A stretch of 64,000 nucleotides of DNA, taken from Candidatus Latescibacterota bacterium (lineage in GTDB: Bacteria; Latescibacterota; UBA2968; UBA8231). Below, in pieces: positions 59,665 through 64,000 of the stretch. The notes below the pieces were generated by a model, which was given only the letters and a program-made list of their open reading frames with translations, made no database searches and was not told the origin of the DNA. Within the stretch, counting starts at the first letter, position 1; every line of letters begins with the position of its first letter. The translations under genes were made by a program, and so were the position numbers. The stretch is taken from positions 2,592,001-2,656,000 of the forward strand of contig OZ242214.1 of NCBI GenBank assembly GCA_965206595.1. The letters are read 5' to 3'.

Positions 59665-60953
59665 TCATGGTTGGGGTTCCTCCTCGTTGAATTCCTCCCG
59701 GGCGAATCCTTCATCGTCCACATCCAGCAACTCAATCCTTCGCTTGCGGACGCCTATGCCGTGCTTGATGAGAAGATCAATCAGCTTTTCGCCGTCGATG
59801 AGCGTGATGGGGGCTGCCCCGGTCGCGAAGGCAGCCTCCTGGGTGCCCTTGGCAAATCGAGAGGTGGTGACGATGGTCCCACGAACCGCGTCGAAGCGAT
59901 AGAGCGAACCGCGGAGGTGCGTCGAGGGCGCTGCGGGGGACGCTTCCTCGATGGCGCTTCGCCTGCACGACTTCCCGGACCGACGTGATGCCCAGCTCAA
60001 TGTCGGCTACCACGTCGACGCCGCCGTCTCCCGACTGGGAAGTGACCTCCACGTTCTGGTAGTCCATCTCCTCCAACAGTCGCTTGATGAGGTGCTCGAA
60101 GTCGAAGGGGTCCATATCGTGGAGCATCTCATGCAGGGTTTGGCGAACCCGGGTTTGCTGCTGCCGAACCAGATTCCAGACTTCGTTGTCGTCTCCGGCG
60201 GCCTCGTCTCCGGTCTTCTTGAGGTAAGCCAAACCCTCCGGGGTCGCCGAGTAAGCAAACCTCCTCCGCTCGACCATTCCACGCTCAAGGAGGTTTTTCA
60301 GTCGGTAGCTCATCGTATTTCTGATAGTGGACTCGGCGCGGAAGGGGGAGCGGCCCCCCGCCAGGTACTCCCCCCACTCCTCGACGAACCCTCCCGCCCA
60401 TGCCGGACCGTTGTTCGCCACAATGAAGAGCAGCTTGACCAAGCCCTCGCCTTCATCGACAACCGCCTCGGTTTCACCCCCCGGATGCTTTTGGAAATCC
60501 CGGCCGGCTTGGGCGAGTTGAAGCACACCCTCTCCATCGACGCCGAGGAGCTGGTAATGCTGCGCGAGCTGCCAATGACCGTAGGTGAACCGGGGGTTCA
60601 CGGCACCTTTCGACTGATCCCAGATGGCCCGGGCCAGCTCGAGATCGTCGCCCGCGAGCCGCTGGGGGATCCAAGTGGCCGGATCGGTCCAGTCGACCAG
60701 TCTTCTGGGGAGTGCCGCGCAGTTCCAAGAGAGTAGATTGCAGACCGGTCACTTGCTTCCGCAGGCGACCGGGCCACACCCGCAGAAGATGGCGAACCTC
60801 CGAGTACACCGGGAAGTAGGGGATGCGAACCCGCACCTTGGCATCTTCGCTCGCCGCGCTGGCCTCTTCATTAGCGGCCCCGGCGACGGGGGCGACGTCG
60901 GGCTCGCGGAGCCCTCGCTGCACCCCTCTCAGGGAGAGGCCACTTCCGGCCAT
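59665..60953 (-). pseudogene. Mrr-family (type IV) restriction endonuclease, frameshifted
   Basis: DPFDFEHLI..LL..M.Y, SGDGGVDV, VVQAKR, TTSRF, ITLIDGEKLIDLL; frameshifts near 60700 and 59920. Confidence 0.85.
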
Positions 60954-61283
60954 AGCTCCCCACTGCCATCAGTTTTCTCCATCGTTCCCCCCTTCTTTGC
61001 CATCGCCGCACATCCGGCATTCGACCTTCAGGTTCTTGAACGCTCTGTCTGTCTCCCATCGCCTGGGAATGTCCAGTTTCCAAATCCCCTGCTCTTGCCT
61101 CCAGCTCCAGGATTCGATGCCGACATGCAACATCGTCATGTTGCCGACGAACAGGGCCTCTGGTCCGCTGGCCCAACAGCCAAGGTAAGGGGGCAGTTCG
61201 AACGGGTACTGCTCCCGGTCGGGCGCAAGAATCCAGCTGACGGACAGGGGTTCCTTTGCGCTCCCGCAGGTCTCGCAATGGAA

Positions 61284-61520
61284 TCATGCATTCCTAAGCT
61301 TCTTTCCTCGCAACCGCTGGAATATCTGATCCCATTCCTCCCTCAGAGTCGCCGCCATGGCCTCTCGCTCTTCGTCCTTGGCGACCTCTGACAGTTCATC
61401 CCACACCCTCCTGCGTTCCTCCTTCTCCTTCTCCTGTTTCTCCTTCACGACCTGCCGGACCAGGAAGCCAACGCCAATGACGCCAGCAGCTCCGATCCCC
61501 GCCAGGATGGTTATTATCAA
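61284..61520 (-). CDS. Small TM plus coiled-coil protein
   Basis: Hydrophobic N-terminus, charged tail, GGGAGG RBS. Confidence 0.45.
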   Translation of the reverse strand: MIITILAGIGAAGVIGVGFLVRQVVKEKQEKEKEERRRVWDELSEVAKDEEREAMAATLREEWDQIFQRLRGKKLRNA

Positions 61521-61922
61521 TTGGAGCCCCCTCCCATTCGCTTTTTTGACTTGCCCTTTCCCGGTTTCTGGAACCGGCCCCGGCTGGACATGTCGGGGCC
61601 GGCCAGTCGGAGGGTCGGCAATCGCGCAAAAAGCGACCCTCCGGGTTCAGGCCGGAGCGCCTGAAAGAGATGGGCCGCGTCGTTACGCCCGAGAGCCTGG
61701 GTTGCCCATCCTCGGCCCCAGCCCTTTCGGAACTGGGAGACGACGATGCGGCCCCGTCAAAGAAACTCTTTGAAACCGCACGAACCGTAGCGCAACCCAA
61801 CCTAAAACCCCCCTCTGGACACTGCAAAAAAAATTCCCCGCGAGTGATAACTGCTGGTATAACGGCGCTCGGGGGATTTTTCAAGTAACGAATTAACAGC
61901 AACTTACAACATTACAACTGCG

Positions 61923-64000
61923 GAAGACCTGGTCACCGGGCTCAACCAGCCCCGAGGGATCGCCCTCGATCTTTCCGGCGGCCGCATGTACTGGCCCGAC
62001 TGGGGCACGGACAAGATCCAGCGGGCTTATCTCGACGGCTCCGGTGTGGAAGACCTGGTCACCGAGGGCCTGCAGACCTCCCAGGCGATCGCCCTCGATC
62101 CGGGCGAGGGCAGGATGTACTGGACCGATTACGGCACCGACAAGATCCAGCGCGCCCACCTCGACGGCAGCGATGTGGAAGACCTGGTCACCACCGGCCT
62201 GAAGGAGCCCTACGGCCTGACCCTGGGCGCCGGCCTGCCGGCGCAGATCCTGAAAGTAGAGGGGGCCTCGGCGACCCTGAACCTAGCCGGCCGCTTCCGC
62301 GACCCGGAGGGGGGCGCCCTGACCCTCACCGTGTCTTCAAGCGACGAGGCGGTCGCCACCGCGACTCTGGCCGACTCGACGGTGACCATCGCCCCGGTCG
62401 CCCCCGGCCGGGTGACGGTCGCGGTGACCGCCCGCGACGAGGGGGGCCGGGCTACCAGCCTGCCGGTGGCCGTGACCGTGTACCCGGCCAACCGCCCGCC
62501 GCAGGCCCTCACCCTGGCCGACCGCAAGATCCGCATCGGCAGCCCGGCCCGGGTCGAGCTGAAAAACGCCTTCACCGACCCGGACGAAGAAGACGTCCTG
62601 ACCTACACGGCCGCCTCGAGCAACGAAGCGGTGGCCACCGCGGCCGTCGAGGGGACCGGCCTGCTGATCACCCCCAGGAAAACCGGGCAGACCCGGATCT
62701 CGGTGACCGCCCGCGACCCGAAGGGCCTGGAGGCGTCGCTGAGCTTTGCCGTCACCGTCGAGCCCAAGCCGCCCCCCAGGCCGCCCCGGACCCCGCCCGG
62801 CTCGAGCAGTGACGATGGTGATGGTAATGATGGTGGTGGCCCGGTAACCCCCCCGCCCCCGCCTCCGCCTCCGCCTCCTCCTCCACCGCCGACGCCTCCG
62901 CCTACCCCACCTCCGCCGGGTCAGAACAACGCCCCGACCTTTGACGAGGGTTCGCATACCACCCGCCGCCTGGCCGAGAACACCGGCGCGAACCAGAACA
63001 TCCAGCACCCGGTCCGCGCCACCGACGACGACGGACACCGGCTCACCTACCGCCTCTCAGGCACCGACGAGGCCCGCTTCGCCGTCGTCTCCGGCAGCGG
63101 ACAGCTGCGCACCCGGTCGGGGGTCGCCTACGACTTCGAGGCGCAGAATCGCTACTCGGTGACGGTGGAAGCAGACGATGGTCACGGCGGCAGGGCGACC
63201 ATTGAGGTGACGATTAGAGTGATCGACGCAGCAGAGCCGTGTCCTGGTGACGGCGATGCCCCGGTGCCGACAGCGGTGGAGGTCGGGGTTGTTCCCATCG
63301 TGGTCGAATCCACAACTGAAGAGTACTTCGTGCTGTATGTGAAGTACGATGTGGACGGCACGGATGTGGAGTTGCCGGTCCTGGTGAAGTTGGGTGAGGC
63401 CGGCACGACCACGTTGGCAGAAAACGTGGCGGCGCTGCCCGCCGAGCGCTACCGGGTGGAGAAGTATCTCATCGCCGACCCCGCTGACGTGGATGGTGAC
63501 TGCATCGACGACATCGCGGAACTCAATAACCTGGGGGGCATGAACCCGGTGAACGCCGCCGCCGCCATCGAACTCAGCGACGGCGCCGTGGCCGTTCCCG
63601 ATCGGGACACATTCGAGACGCTCGCCTACGGCCTGACATACCTCAAGTTCGTACTGCTCGACAAGGACACCGACCGACCGCGTGTCTACTTCATCAACTC
63701 CAAGACGCACACGGCTCATTTTGCATTCCTGGATGCCGTAAGCCTCGAGCCGGACCAGGACTGGTATATGATCACCGGTACGATCGTCTATCACCGGGAA
63801 TTGGGCGCCCCCGGTGGCAGCTCAGGAGTCTACCTTTTACGGCTAGACGCATTCAGAGCCTTCCATTACTCCTTCAGCCTCGTGGCGCGCTCCTATACAG
63901 CGTTCGCGGCCAGCATGCCGCTGCTCGATGGCAACCTGGCCTTGCATATGCCAAACCAGGATCTTCTGTATCTCCAGGCCGACTTGCCGTTGTACACGGA
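61923..64000 (+). CDS. Large surface protein fragment (5'-truncated, runs off the window): YWTD repeats, two Ig-like domains, polyproline, cadherin-like domain
   Basis: Hand translation: RMYWTDYGTDKIQRA repeats, FRDPEG/FTDPD..ATA domains, poly-P, NNAPTF..ATDDDG..YDFE. Confidence 0.8.

Noticed and set aside
62845-62920. CCG/CCT tandem repeat, and (GAA)n near 54380
   Set aside because: They encode a polyproline linker and a poly-Glu run; not independent DNA repeats
1-64000. CRISPR array, rRNA, prophage
   Set aside because: No regularly spaced repeats, rRNA motifs or phage structural genes recognised by eye

Overview
High-GC bacterial window, most consistent with an FCB-superphylum candidate lineage such as Latescibacterota. 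This is an inference from a PorV-family gene, FlgD/T9SS-like C-terminal domains, a TTWGSLK tail, dockerin-like DFFLFADAFG repeats and YWTD/cadherin repeats. About 1-42.7 kb is mostly core genome: ycaQ-like glycosylase, rnhA, a cobalamin-riboswitch-controlled B12 uptake/salvage operon (btuB-like, beta-propeller, pduO, btuFCD-like, cbiZ, cbiB), a MacAB-like exporter plus speD, a sigma54 two-component system, a wecB glycan cluster preceded by a candidate structured RNA, PorV plus an Oar-like TBDR, and several eroded genes. At 42739 amtB is cut off and a more AT-rich, decaying mobile/defence island runs to about 61.9 kb. Highlight 1: a 3962-bp IS1-family element with 21-bp terminal inverted repeats carries a tRNA with a serine-type body (long variable arm, G73) but a UAU (Ile AUA) anticodon, a candidate mobile mistranslating tRNA. 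Highlight 2: a three-gene module (thymidylate-synthase homologue with a dCMP-type Asp, split by IS1380; UDG-like protein; aGPT-Pplase3-like protein) converges on a HigB/HigA-ImmA pair and is flanked by dGTPase and Mrr remnants, a candidate nucleotide-modification antiphage system. All family calls are by motif recognition only; no searches were run.
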